Below, in pieces: positions 17,157 through 26,063 of a stretch of DNA of 62,155 nt. The notes under the pieces are model-generated. The model worked only from the letters and a program-made list of their open reading frames with translations. It was not told the DNA's origin and ran no database searches. The DNA is from Microgenomates group bacterium ADurb.Bin219 (GTDB lineage Bacteria > Patescibacteriota > Microgenomatia > UM-FILTER-40-11). Made by a program: the position numbers and the translations under genes. The stretch's first letter is position 1; each line of letters opens with the position of its first letter. The stretch spans positions 1 through 62,155 of the forward strand of contig MWCH01000005.1 of the NCBI GenBank assembly GCA_002069945.1, read 5' to 3'.

Positions 17157-17219
17157 AGCAAGAGAACACGGGAGACGGGGAGTTTGATTTAAACTTGGCA
17201 CCTTAAACTTTGAACTTGC
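17136..17219. repeat. 12-unit heptamer patch spanning the mraZ tail, stop codon and mraZ-rsmH spacer
   Basis: Units: GCGAGAC AGGGTAG GGGGTAG AGCAAGA GAACACG GGAGACG GGGAGTT TGATTTA AACTTGG CACCTTA AACTTTG AACTTGC. The reverse complement of the last units (GCAAGTTCAAAGTT) matches the 2177 patch family. Confidence 0.7.
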
Positions 17220-17224
17220 TAAAA

Positions 17225-18121
17225 ATGACTAACGAATACCATACGCCGGTTCTTTTAAAAGAAGCAATTGAACTTTTAAATGTTAAAAAGGGGGAACGCT
17301 ACATAGATGCCACTTTGGGTGGCGGCGGTCATTCTGAAGCGATTATAAAGGCCGGAGGAGAGGTCTTGGGAATTGACCGTGATCCCGAAGCTTTAGAGTT
17401 TAGCGGGAAGCGCCTAAGTCAAGCCTGCCCTTTAGGCGCTTTCAGGTGGACTTTAATTGAAGGCAATTTCGGCCAGATTGGCGATTTGGCCGGAAAGGCG
17501 GGGTTTGATCAGGTTAAAGGAATCCTTTTTGATTTGGGAGTTTCCAGCCATCAACTGGAAACAGGAGAAAGGGGCTTTTCTTTTAACAAAGAAGCAGATT
17601 TGGATATGAGGATGTCGCCGGGATTAAAAGTCACGGCCAGGGATCTGATTAACGGTTTAAACGAAGGGGAATTGATTGAGCTCTTTACCAAACTGGGCGG
17701 TGAACACCGCTCCCGGTCGATTGCGGCCGCAATTTGTCGGGCCAGAACAACGTCGCCAATAGAAAAATGCGATCAATTGGCGACCATTATTCTAAAGTCC
17801 GTTCCGGCCAGAGGAAAATATGACCGGACTCATCCGGCAACCAGAGTATTCCAGGCTTTGCGCATTGCCGTTAACGACGAATTGAATAATTTAAAAGAAG
17901 CTTTGCCGTCAGCTTTAGGTCTTTTAAAACCCGGGGGTCGACTGGTTGCGATCAGTTTTCATTCGCTGGAAGATCGGATCGTAAAGGACTTTATCAAAGA
18001 AAAAGAAAATTCGGGAGAAATAAATAATTTAACCGGCTCGCCGATTACTCCTTCCCGAGAGGAGGTTGAGGCAAATCCGCGGGCCAGAAGCGCAAAAATG
18101 AGAGGAGCGGAAAAAAAATGA
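17225..18121 (+). CDS. rsmH: 16S rRNA (cytosine1402-N4)-methyltransferase
   Basis: HTPVLLKE, DATLGGGGHS, FDLGVSSHQL, SFHSLEDRIVK. ATG 17225 preferred over TTG 17210. Confidence 0.9.
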   Translation: MTNEYHTPVLLKEAIELLNVKKGERYIDATLGGGGHSEAIIKAGGEVLGIDRDPEALEFSGKRLSQACPLGAFRWTLIEGNFGQIGDLAGKAGFDQVKGILFDLGVSSHQLETGERGFSFNKEADLDMRMSPGLKVTARDLINGLNEGELIELFTKLGGEHRSRSIAAAICRARTTSPIEKCDQLATIILKSVPARGKYDRTHPATRVFQALRIAVNDELNNLKEALPSALGLLKPGGRLVAISFHSLEDRIVKDFIKEKENSGEINNLTGSPITPSREEVEANPRARSAKMRGAEKK

Positions 18122-18396
18122 TGAAAAAAATCTTAAATATCTCAATCGTAATCGTCATTTTATTGGTGGCTTTTCAATTTTTGATAGGGGGATCGGTTTG
18201 TGCCGATGGCGATAAATTTGCTTTTCTGGAAGAGAAAAAAGCCTTTCTTTTAAAAGAAAACCGGATTTATGACCAAAAGATTGCCGAACTTTCTTCTTTA
18301 ATTAGAATTAAAACCCAGGCAGAACTTCTTGGTTTTAAAGATAATTCTATTATGGTCGGTTATTCTTCTGCCGATTCGGTGGCGTTAAGACCGTGA
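18118..18396 (+). CDS. FtsL-like small bitopic division protein
   Basis: Sits between rsmH and ftsI. Single TM segment plus a coiled-coil-like segment. ATGA overlap with rsmH. Confidence 0.45.
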   Translation: MMKKILNISIVIVILLVAFQFLIGGSVCADGDKFAFLEEKKAFLLKENRIYDQKIAELSSLIRIKTQAELLGFKDNSIMVGYSSADSVALRP

Positions 18397-18427
18397 TTTT
18401 GAAAAATTATTAAAACCTGACAAAAAC

Positions 18428-20137
18428 ATGCGGATAAAGGTTTTGTTCGTTTTTTTTCTAATGGCTTGGTTTTTAATCTTGGCAAAACTTTTTTATTGGC
18501 AGGTAATTAAGTCCGAAGAGCTGGCAGCGGCTGCCAGGAATCAGCAGGAAAGTGAAGAAAAAATTTTTTCTCCCAGGGGCTCGATTTATTCTGCGGACGG
18601 TTTTCCTCTTTCTTTCAGCCGGAAAAGTTATTTGTTGTTTCTGGAACCGGAAAAAGTTTCCGGATCCGACCAAACAGTTTCAGCTTCGGCAGCCCGGGAA
18701 AAAAAGCAAGATCTGGTAAATTATTTAAAGGATTTTTTAGCATACAATGAAGACAAACTGAATTCTGTTTTAAACAATCCTAAAATTAAGTGGTTTTCTT
18801 TAGGAAAGATTTTAAACGAAGAGGAAAAAGTAGATTTGGAAAGCAAATCTTTTTCCGGCTTGGGTTTTGAGGAACAATGGGAACGCTATTATCCGGAAGC
18901 CTCAATGGCGGCTCACCTTTTGGGTTTTGTCGCTGCGGACGAAAAAGACAAAGAAAGAGGCTATTTTGGCTTGGAGGGTTTTTATAATCAGGAATTAAAA
19001 GGAATACCGGGGATTAAATTTGAAGAAAAGGATCTTTTCGGCCGGGAAATTATTATTGGTCAAGAAAGAGAGAAAAAATCGGTTCCCGGCCGGGATTTAT
19101 ATCTTTCATTGGATCGTTCGGTTCAGTTTTTGGCGGAAAGAAAATTAAAGGATAAAATGGAAAAATACGGAGCGGTTTCCGGTTCGGTAATCGTTATGGA
19201 TCCTTTTTCCGGCGCCATAATTGCAATGGCCTCTTTTCCCTCTTTTGATCAGGCGCATTTTTCCTCTTTTCCCGGCGAACTTTTTCCCAATCCGGCTATT
19301 TCTTTTACTTTTGAACCCGGTTCTATTATTAAGCCGCTGGTGATGGCCGCTGCATTTGATACTGGCGCGGTTAACCGGGAATCGCGTTGCGATATTTGCA
19401 CGGGGCCGGTTACAATCGGCCAATACAGTATCAAGACCTGGAACGAAAAATATTATCCCGATTCCCTGCCGATAGAAATTATTCAGCATTCGGACAACGT
19501 CGGTATGGTTTATACGGCCAGACGCTTGGGAATAGCAAAAATTTATGACTATTTTAAAAAATTCGGTTTTGACGAGAGAACCGGAATTGATCTTGAAGGC
19601 GAAGCCAAAACAAAGTTAAAAGATGAGAATAATTGGCAGGAAATTGATTTGGCTACTGCCAGTTTTGGCCAGGGGATTGCCGTCACTCCCCTTCAAATGG
19701 TCAGGGCGATCAGCGTTCTGGCTAACGGAGGCAATCTGGTGAAGCCTTGGGTGGTGGCCAGGATTAAAGAAGGCGACCGGATTGTTTTTACCAGCAAGCC
19801 TGAATTCTCACCGGTGATCAAACCGGCAACGGCGAAAATTATTAAAGAGATGATGGTTAATGCGGTTGAGAACGGCGAGTCAAAATGGGCCAAGCCAAAA
19901 GGTTATCGTATTGCCGGTAAAACAGGCACGGCTCAGATCCCGGTTGCCGGTCATTATGACCAGGAAAAAACCATTGCTTCGTTTATCGGTTTTGCTCCGG
20001 CGGAGCAACCCAGATTTGCCATGCTGGTCACTCTCAGGGAGCCTAAAACTTCGCCCTGGGGATCGGAAACCGCGGCTCCGCTTTGGTTTGAAATAGCCAA
20101 GGGAATTTTTGAAATCTGGGGCATCCCTCCGGGCTAA
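18428..20137 (+). CDS. ftsI: Class B penicillin-binding protein (FtsI/PBP2-type transpeptidase)
   Basis: N-terminal TM. SxxK (GSIIKP), SxN (HSDNVG) and KTGT (GKTGTA) motifs. Confidence 0.9.
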   Translation: MRIKVLFVFFLMAWFLILAKLFYWQVIKSEELAAAARNQQESEEKIFSPRGSIYSADGFPLSFSRKSYLLFLEPEKVSGSDQTVSASAAREKKQDLVNYLKDFLAYNEDKLNSVLNNPKIKWFSLGKILNEEEKVDLESKSFSGLGFEEQWERYYPEASMAAHLLGFVAADEKDKERGYFGLEGFYNQELKGIPGIKFEEKDLFGREIIIGQEREKKSVPGRDLYLSLDRSVQFLAERKLKDKMEKYGAVSGSVIVMDPFSGAIIAMASFPSFDQAHFSSFPGELFPNPAISFTFEPGSIIKPLVMAAAFDTGAVNRESRCDICTGPVTIGQYSIKTWNEKYYPDSLPIEIIQHSDNVGMVYTARRLGIAKIYDYFKKFGFDERTGIDLEGEAKTKLKDENNWQEIDLATASFGQGIAVTPLQMVRAISVLANGGNLVKPWVVARIKEGDRIVFTSKPEFSPVIKPATAKIIKEMMVNAVENGESKWAKPKGYRIAGKTGTAQIPVAGHYDQEKTIASFIGFAPAEQPRFAMLVTLREPKTSPWGSETAAPLWFEIAKGIFEIWGIPPG

Positions 20138-20159
20138 AATTTAATTCTCTGGTGTATAA

Positions 20160-21494
20160 TTGTTTAAGTTTATCAAGGTGAATAAAATTTGGTTAAAACT
20201 GAGAAGTAACGGTCTGGTTGGAAAAATCCGCTTTTTAATTCCTCAAAAAGCGGTTAATTTGCTTATCCATTTGCCTTTGGCCGTCCTGGCCTGTCTTTTT
20301 TATCGGTTTCCATCACGAAAAATGAAAGTTATTGGCATTACGGGAACCGACGGCAAAACGACGACCGTCAATTTGATTTACGAAATAATAAAAGCTTCCG
20401 GAGAAAAAACGGCCGAGGTCTCTACTCTTTCCGCCAGAATCGGCCACGAAGAAATTGATACCGGTTTCCATGTCACGTCTCCGAACTCATGGCAATTGCA
20501 AAAATTACTTAGAAAAATGGTGGATCAAAAGGTAAAATTTGCGGTTTTGGAAGTAACCTCGCACGGGTTAGACCAATTCCGTTTTTGGGGAGTTAATTTT
20601 TTTCTTTCCGTGCTGACGAACGTTACCCATGAACATCTTGATTATCATAAAACCTACGAAAGATATCTGGCGACAAAGACAAAGCTTCTTCTTAAATCAA
20701 AAACAGCGATTATTAACAAAGACGATGAATCATATGATTTTGTCAGCACAAAGTGCAAAGAGCAAAGCATAAAGGTGGTTACCTACGGAATTAAAAACAA
20801 AGCGGATTTTACGCCGGAAAACTTCCGTTTCAAAACTTTGTTGCCCGGGGAATACAATCAATATAATTGTTTGGCGGCAATAGCAGCAACGTCCGAGCTT
20901 CGGGTATCGGAAAAAACGATCAGGAAAACGGTTGGCGATTTTAAGGGAGTTGCCGGCAGGATGGAAGAAATCAAGTTGGGCCAGGATTTTAAGGTTTTTG
21001 TTGATTTTGCCCATACGCCTAATGCCTTAAAACAGGCATTAATAACACTTAAAGAGCAAAACGCAAAAGAGAATAACGGCCACGGAAAGACAATCGTGGT
21101 TTTCGGATGCGCCGGATTAAGGGATAAAACCAAAAGACCTTTGATGGGCGAAATAGCTTGCCGCTTGGCTGATTTTACCGTCTTGACCACCGAAGATCCC
21201 CGGACGGAGAAAGCAACCGATATTATTGAAGAAATCGCTTCCGGCTGTCGGGCCGGCGCCGGAAAAGAAGGAAAAACTTTTTACAAGATTAGCGATCGCC
21301 AGGAAGCCATCAATTTTGCCGTCCGCAAGTTGGCAAGAAAGAGAGATTATGTTCTTATCGCCGGAAAAGGTCATGAAAAATCAATGTGTTTCGATCAGAC
21401 CGAATTTCCCTGGTCGGATAAAGAGGCGGCCAAAAAAGCAATCAATTTATTATTAAAAAACAAAGATTTTAAAAAGGGAGAGAAACAATTATGA
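20160..21494 (+). CDS. murE: UDP-MurNAc-L-Ala-D-Glu:diamino-acid ligase (MurE), short N-terminus
   Basis: VIGITGTDGKTTT P-loop, TNVTHEHLDYH, and TTEDPRTE at the position of the DNPR-type motif. TTG start is uncertain. Confidence 0.8.
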   Translation: MFKFIKVNKIWLKLRSNGLVGKIRFLIPQKAVNLLIHLPLAVLACLFYRFPSRKMKVIGITGTDGKTTTVNLIYEIIKASGEKTAEVSTLSARIGHEEIDTGFHVTSPNSWQLQKLLRKMVDQKVKFAVLEVTSHGLDQFRFWGVNFFLSVLTNVTHEHLDYHKTYERYLATKTKLLLKSKTAIINKDDESYDFVSTKCKEQSIKVVTYGIKNKADFTPENFRFKTLLPGEYNQYNCLAAIAATSELRVSEKTIRKTVGDFKGVAGRMEEIKLGQDFKVFVDFAHTPNALKQALITLKEQNAKENNGHGKTIVVFGCAGLRDKTKRPLMGEIACRLADFTVLTTEDPRTEKATDIIEEIASGCRAGAGKEGKTFYKISDRQEAINFAVRKLARKRDYVLIAGKGHEKSMCFDQTEFPWSDKEAAKKAINLLLKNKDFKKGEKQL

Positions 21495-22321
21495 AAATTT
21501 TCTTTGCCGAATATAAAGCCGATTACCCCCATTATCGTTTTCCTTATCAGGTATGGTTATTGAAAGAGGAAGGTGATTCTCCGGAGAATATTTACGGAGC
21601 CGGTTTTTTGCCGATAAGAAGCCTTCCGGAAATTTATTACCTTAGCCGTTCTTTAAGAATAAATCTAGCCGCTTTTGAACTTTCTTCCGAAAATCGGCGG
21701 ATTTTAAAAAAAACGGATTGCTTTGAATCTGATTTGATTCCCTTGTCCGAATTTGTTTACCAGCCAAAAATCCAGAAGTTTTGTAAAGATTATATGCGGC
21801 AAAGATTTGGAAAAGACAGTATGACGGCTGCCGGAATCAGGAAAATTTTTTCCGGAAATACTTTTAATTATGTTTTTGTTTGGAAAGAAAGAGAAACCCA
21901 AAAGGAAATTGGCTATGCCGTTTGTTTTGTTTCCTCAAAGATTGTTCAATATGCCCACGCGTTTTATGACTTGAAATATTTTCAACAATCTCTCGGCGGC
22001 CGGATGATGTTGGAGGCGGTTAATTGGGCCAAGGAAAGCAAAAAGGAATATCTTTACCTGGGAACGTGTTATGAAGAAAGCGCTCTTTATAAAACGGAGT
22101 TTAAAGGGGTTGAATTTTTTAACGGTTTCAGGTGGAGCGATAACCTGGAAGAACTGAAAGGGCTGATACTGAGAAATAAAAATAGGGAAGCGGGAAGCGG
22201 GGACAAAGAAGGGAAAAAGGAGGAGGAATATACCTTAAAAAATAAAGATTTTTTGGAAAAGTATTATCAGGGCGACTTAAGATCAATTCTTGACCGGTTC
22301 GGAATTAAAGTCAGCTTTTAA
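21491..22321 (+). CDS. ATE/Bpt-like (arginyl/leucyl-tRNA--protein transferase family) GNAT-fold protein
   Basis: GFLPIRS...YYLSRSLRINLAAFELSSENRRILKK and YAHAFYDLKYFQQSLGGRMMLEAVNWAKESKKEYLYLGTCYEESALYKTEFKGVEFFNGFRW. These parallel the ATE_N/ATE_C motifs (GFRRSG, RR, FYDP..SLG, YYYLGYYI..M.YK..F.P.E....W). ATGA overlap with murE. Confidence 0.5.
   Translation: MKIFFAEYKADYPHYRFPYQVWLLKEEGDSPENIYGAGFLPIRSLPEIYYLSRSLRINLAAFELSSENRRILKKTDCFESDLIPLSEFVYQPKIQKFCKDYMRQRFGKDSMTAAGIRKIFSGNTFNYVFVWKERETQKEIGYAVCFVSSKIVQYAHAFYDLKYFQQSLGGRMMLEAVNWAKESKKEYLYLGTCYEESALYKTEFKGVEFFNGFRWSDNLEELKGLILRNKNREAGSGDKEGKKEEEYTLKNKDFLEKYYQGDLRSILDRFGIKVSF
22184..22225. repeat. Heptamer patch (AGGGAAG CGGGAAG CGGGGAC AAAGAAG GGAAAAA GGAGGAG)
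   Basis: Read directly. 42 nt = 14 codons, translated as REAGSGDKEGKKEE. Confidence 0.65.
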
Positions 22322-22387
22322 TTATTTTTTTAACTAATTATTACGAAAAGTAAAAAAGTTCATTTTATCGGAATTGCCGGAAAAGCG

Positions 22388-23764
22388 ATGGCGCCGCTGG
22401 CCAAGGCTTTTAAAGACAAAGGCTGGCAGGTTTCCGGATCCGATCACTGTGGGGTTTATCCGCCAATGTCGGACTATTTAAAGAATAATAATCTTCAGTA
22501 TGTTGAAGGATATTCGGAAAATAATCTTAAAAAGGAAACCGACCTGGTGATTGTCGGCAGAAGCGCCTTGATGGTTGATCCCCGCAATCCGGAATATTTT
22601 CGCGCCCGTTTCTTAAAGATTCCGACAATATCCTATCCCGAAGCCATCGCTAAATATCTCATTAAAAAGGAATCAATAGTGGTTGCCGGAACTTACGGAA
22701 AGACGACCGTAACCGCTTTAGTAAGCTGGATTTTAAAAAAAGCAGGCAAAGACCCTTCTTTTATGATCGGCGGCCAACCTTTAAATTTTCCGGACGGAGT
22801 CTGTCTTAACGATTCTCCTTTTTCCGTTGTCGAAGGAGACGAAACCCCGGATCTTTTCCCGAGCGATCCGCCGAAATTTCTGTTTTATCGGCCTAAATAT
22901 TTGCTTTTAACCGCCACCCATTGGGATCATCCGGAAATTTTTTCCTCTAAAGAAGAATATTTGTCCGCCTTTTCAAAGCTGGGGAAGTTGATTCCCAAAG
23001 ACGGAAAATTAATTTACAACCTGGACAATGTTGATCCGAAACTGGTTAAAGAATTTAAAGGAAAAAAAATAAGCTATTCCTTTTCCCACCATAAAGCCGA
23101 TTGGTTCATTACCGATTTTCTTAAAAAAAGCGAAAAAACAGAATTACATTTCAATAAATTATTAAAAATAAAGACGGTTTTATTGGGAAGAGCGAATTGG
23201 GAAAACATTTGCGGAGCCTTGGCGCTTTGTTCTTCTTTAGGGGTAGATCAAAAGAGCCTGATTTCCGGGGTTGAAACTTTTTTGGGAGTAAAAACCAGGC
23301 TTGAGTTTTTGGGACGGCACGCGGATAAATATTTTTATTGGGATTTTGCCCAACATCCGGAAAAAGTTAAAGCCAGTTTGGAAGCCTTAAGAGATCATTA
23401 TTCAAAAAACCGGATTATTTGTGTTTTTGACCCGTCCGCTTCAATATTGAAATATAAAGAAAGCCTTAATTGGTTTACGGCGGCTTTTTCCGCCGCAAAT
23501 ATGGTTTTGATTAACCGGATTAGCTTTATAAAAGAAATAAAGAAAAACGATCGGGTAAAAGGGCAGGATTTGGTTGAGGCAATCAGTAAAGGAAACCCCG
23601 AAGTTTCTTTAGTAGTTTATTGTCCGCTTAAAAGCCAGATTAATGATTTTTTGAGAGCTAAAACTTCCAAAGACGACGTCATTGTTTTTATGTCTTCCGG
23701 CGGAATTGAATTTACCAAGTTAATTGAAGAAAACGTGAGCGATTTTAAAAATTTTAAATATTAA
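22388..23764 (+). CDS. Mur ligase, Mpl/MurC-type (UDP-MurNAc:L-Ala or tripeptide ligase)
   Basis: SGSDHCGVYPPMSDYL...DLVIVG, AGTYGKTTV, FMIGGQPLNF, DETPDLF...WDHPEIF resemble E. coli Mpl more than MurC (from memory). The conserved KKVHFIGIAGKA N-terminus lies in frame upstream (22352..22387) without a canonical start codon. Confidence 0.8.
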   Translation: MAPLAKAFKDKGWQVSGSDHCGVYPPMSDYLKNNNLQYVEGYSENNLKKETDLVIVGRSALMVDPRNPEYFRARFLKIPTISYPEAIAKYLIKKESIVVAGTYGKTTVTALVSWILKKAGKDPSFMIGGQPLNFPDGVCLNDSPFSVVEGDETPDLFPSDPPKFLFYRPKYLLLTATHWDHPEIFSSKEEYLSAFSKLGKLIPKDGKLIYNLDNVDPKLVKEFKGKKISYSFSHHKADWFITDFLKKSEKTELHFNKLLKIKTVLLGRANWENICGALALCSSLGVDQKSLISGVETFLGVKTRLEFLGRHADKYFYWDFAQHPEKVKASLEALRDHYSKNRIICVFDPSASILKYKESLNWFTAAFSAANMVLINRISFIKEIKKNDRVKGQDLVEAISKGNPEVSLVVYCPLKSQINDFLRAKTSKDDVIVFMSSGGIEFTKLIEENVSDFKNFKY

Positions 23765-23766
23765 CG

Positions 23767-23806
23767 GATTAACAAATTAAAATATTAAAAAATAATAATA
23801 AAATAA
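23767..23806. repeat. Octamer-register AT-rich patch (GATTAACA AATTAAAA TATTAAAA AATAATAA TAAAATAA)
   Basis: Read directly. Shares ACGGATTAA...GATTAACAAATTAAAA with the 35577..35614 region. Confidence 0.6.
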
Positions 23807-23816
23807 TACAAAACTT

Positions 23817-24710
23817 ATGACACAAATGATACAAAAAATAATTTCTTCTTTGGGTAAGGGAAGGGTTGCTCTAAACGAGCCGATGGCAAAACACACGACT
23901 TTTAAAATCGGCGGCCCGGCTGATTTATTTTATTCGGCTCGAACTCAAGAAGAATTGATAAAGGCCGTAAAATTGGCCAGAGAAAATAATTTTCCCTACT
24001 TTATTTTAGGAAACGGCTCAAATCTTTTGGTTAAAGATAAGGGATATCGCGGTTTGGTTATTAAGTATCAGGCGGCAAAGGTATTTAAAGAAAAAGAAAA
24101 AATAATTGTTGAAGCGGGAATGCTTTTGAGTCAATTGATTAAGGAAAGTGTAAAAAACGGCTGGGGCGGTCTGGAGTTTTTAGCCGGCATTCCGGGAAGT
24201 CTTGGCGGCGCAATCCGCGGTAACGCCGGAGCCTGGCAAAAGAGCATCGGCGATTTAGTTTCCCGAGTTAAAGTTTTAGATAAAAACGGAAAAACTCTCT
24301 GGTTAAATAAAAATGATTGCCGTTTTTCTTATCGGCAAAGCCGGTTTAAAATATCCGGGGAGATAATTTTGGCGGCGGAGTTTTGTTTACCGAAAAAAGA
24401 AAAAAAAGAGATTTTGAAGTTGATTGAAGAATATACACTTAAAAGAAGTAACCAGCCCAAAGAGCCGTCGGCCGGGTGCGTTTTTATTAATCCGAAACCT
24501 TTTTCGGCCGGAGAAATGATTGAAGATTGCGGCCTAAAGGGGAAGAAGAGCCGTCAAGCTCAAATTGCCAAATCTCATGCTAACTTTATTATTAATTTAA
24601 ACCAGGCTAAAGCCAAAGACGTCCTGACCTTGATGGACCAGATAAAAGAAAAAGTCAAAACAAAATTTGGTGTTGACCTTAAGGAGGAAATTGTTATCCT
24701 GGGAGAGTGA
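23817..24710 (+). CDS. murB: UDP-N-acetylenolpyruvoylglucosamine reductase
   Basis: HTTFKIGGPADLF, LGNGSNLL, AGIPGSLGGAIRGNAGA. Confidence 0.9.
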   Translation: MTQMIQKIISSLGKGRVALNEPMAKHTTFKIGGPADLFYSARTQEELIKAVKLARENNFPYFILGNGSNLLVKDKGYRGLVIKYQAAKVFKEKEKIIVEAGMLLSQLIKESVKNGWGGLEFLAGIPGSLGGAIRGNAGAWQKSIGDLVSRVKVLDKNGKTLWLNKNDCRFSYRQSRFKISGEIILAAEFCLPKKEKKEILKLIEEYTLKRSNQPKEPSAGCVFINPKPFSAGEMIEDCGLKGKKSRQAQIAKSHANFIINLNQAKAKDVLTLMDQIKEKVKTKFGVDLKEEIVILGE

Positions 24711-24722
24711 TAACAACTATCT

Positions 24723-26051
24723 ATGAACAAAAGAGAAAAATTTGTTATTGAGGGCGGTAAACCGCTAAAAGGGGAAGTTACTCTTTGTGGCGCAAAGAAT
24801 TCCGGTTTTAAGCTGATGATCGCTTCGCTTTATGCGGACGGACGATCGGAAATAAGAAATTTTTCCAAAATCACCGACACTTTTTCAACCGGAGAAATTA
24901 TTCGAAATTTGGGCGGTGAAGTTATTTTTGGAGAAAACCATATCGTCACGGTTTCGGGAAAAAGTTTAAGTAATTGGGTGATTTCGTCCGGACAGGGTAA
25001 GCTTTCCCGAGCCGCTACTTATTTCATCGGTCCTTTTTTGTCTCGTTTCGGAAAAGCGGTTGTTTCCAATCCCGGAGGATGCAAAATCGGCCGCCGGCCT
25101 TTGGACCGGCATTTTGAAGGAATAAAAGCGTTGGGCGCAAAAATTAAGGGCCAAGACGGTCATTATTTAATTTCCGCCAAGGAGTTGAAAGGTACCCGTT
25201 ATCGCTTTCCCAAGGTCACCCACGGTGGAACCGACGTGATGGTCATTACTTCGGTTTTAGCTAAAGGAAAAACGGTTTTGGAAAATGCGGCTTTGGAGCC
25301 GGAGATTGACGATTTGATTGCCTTTTTAAATAAGATGGGCGCCAAAATTGAAAGAAAACCCGGTCGGATTATTACGATCGAAGGCGTGAAGGAATTAAAA
25401 AGCGCTTCCCATTCGGTTATGCCTGACAGAAACGAGGCAGTAACCTTTGCTTGCGCTGCTTTGGCAACAAAAGGTGATGTTTTGGTTAAGGGCGCTGACA
25501 AAAAAGTCCTAGGAGCCTTTTTGGAGCAATTGGATAAAGTCGGCGGCGGTTATGAAATCGACGGCAAAGATATTCGTTTTTATTATAAAAAACAACTTAG
25601 CCCCTGCAATATCCTAACCCATCCTTATCCGGGATTTATGACCGATTGGATGGCGGTTTGGTCGGTGTTGATGACCCAGGCAAAAGGAGAATCGGTAATT
25701 CACGAGACAATTTTTGAAAACCGTTTTGCCTTTTTTGAACAATTGATAAAGATGGGAGTAAAAGTGAAACTTTTTAATCCCCGGGTACCCCGGCCGGAAG
25801 AAGTATACAGCTTTAATCTCAAAGACGACCGGCCGGAATATTTCCATGCGGCCAGAATTTTTGGCCCGGCGACCTTAAAACCAGCCAGATTGGAGATTGC
25901 CGATTTAAGGGCCGGTGCAACCTTGATTTTAGCTTCATTGATTGCCAAAGGTAAAAGCGAACTGACGGGTGCAGAATTAGTCGATCGGGGTTATGAAAAT
26001 TTAGACGAAAAATTGAGAGGATTGAAGGCAAATATCAAAAGGACAGAATAA
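24723..26051 (+). CDS. murA: UDP-N-acetylglucosamine 1-carboxyvinyltransferase
   Basis: GAKNSGFKLM, NPGGCKIGRRPLDRH (active-site Cys loop), DLRAGATLILA. Confidence 0.9.
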   Translation: MNKREKFVIEGGKPLKGEVTLCGAKNSGFKLMIASLYADGRSEIRNFSKITDTFSTGEIIRNLGGEVIFGENHIVTVSGKSLSNWVISSGQGKLSRAATYFIGPFLSRFGKAVVSNPGGCKIGRRPLDRHFEGIKALGAKIKGQDGHYLISAKELKGTRYRFPKVTHGGTDVMVITSVLAKGKTVLENAALEPEIDDLIAFLNKMGAKIERKPGRIITIEGVKELKSASHSVMPDRNEAVTFACAALATKGDVLVKGADKKVLGAFLEQLDKVGGGYEIDGKDIRFYYKKQLSPCNILTHPYPGFMTDWMAVWSVLMTQAKGESVIHETIFENRFAFFEQLIKMGVKVKLFNPRVPRPEEVYSFNLKDDRPEYFHAARIFGPATLKPARLEIADLRAGATLILASLIAKGKSELTGAELVDRGYENLDEKLRGLKANIKRTE

Positions 26052-26063
26052 AGATTGGAGAAA

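Noticed and set aside
20155-20160. TATAAT overlapping the annotated TTG start of murE as a leaderless promoter
   Set aside because: No start codon sits at the expected +1 distance. ftsI ends only 22 nt upstream, so read-through from the dcw operon is the simpler explanation.
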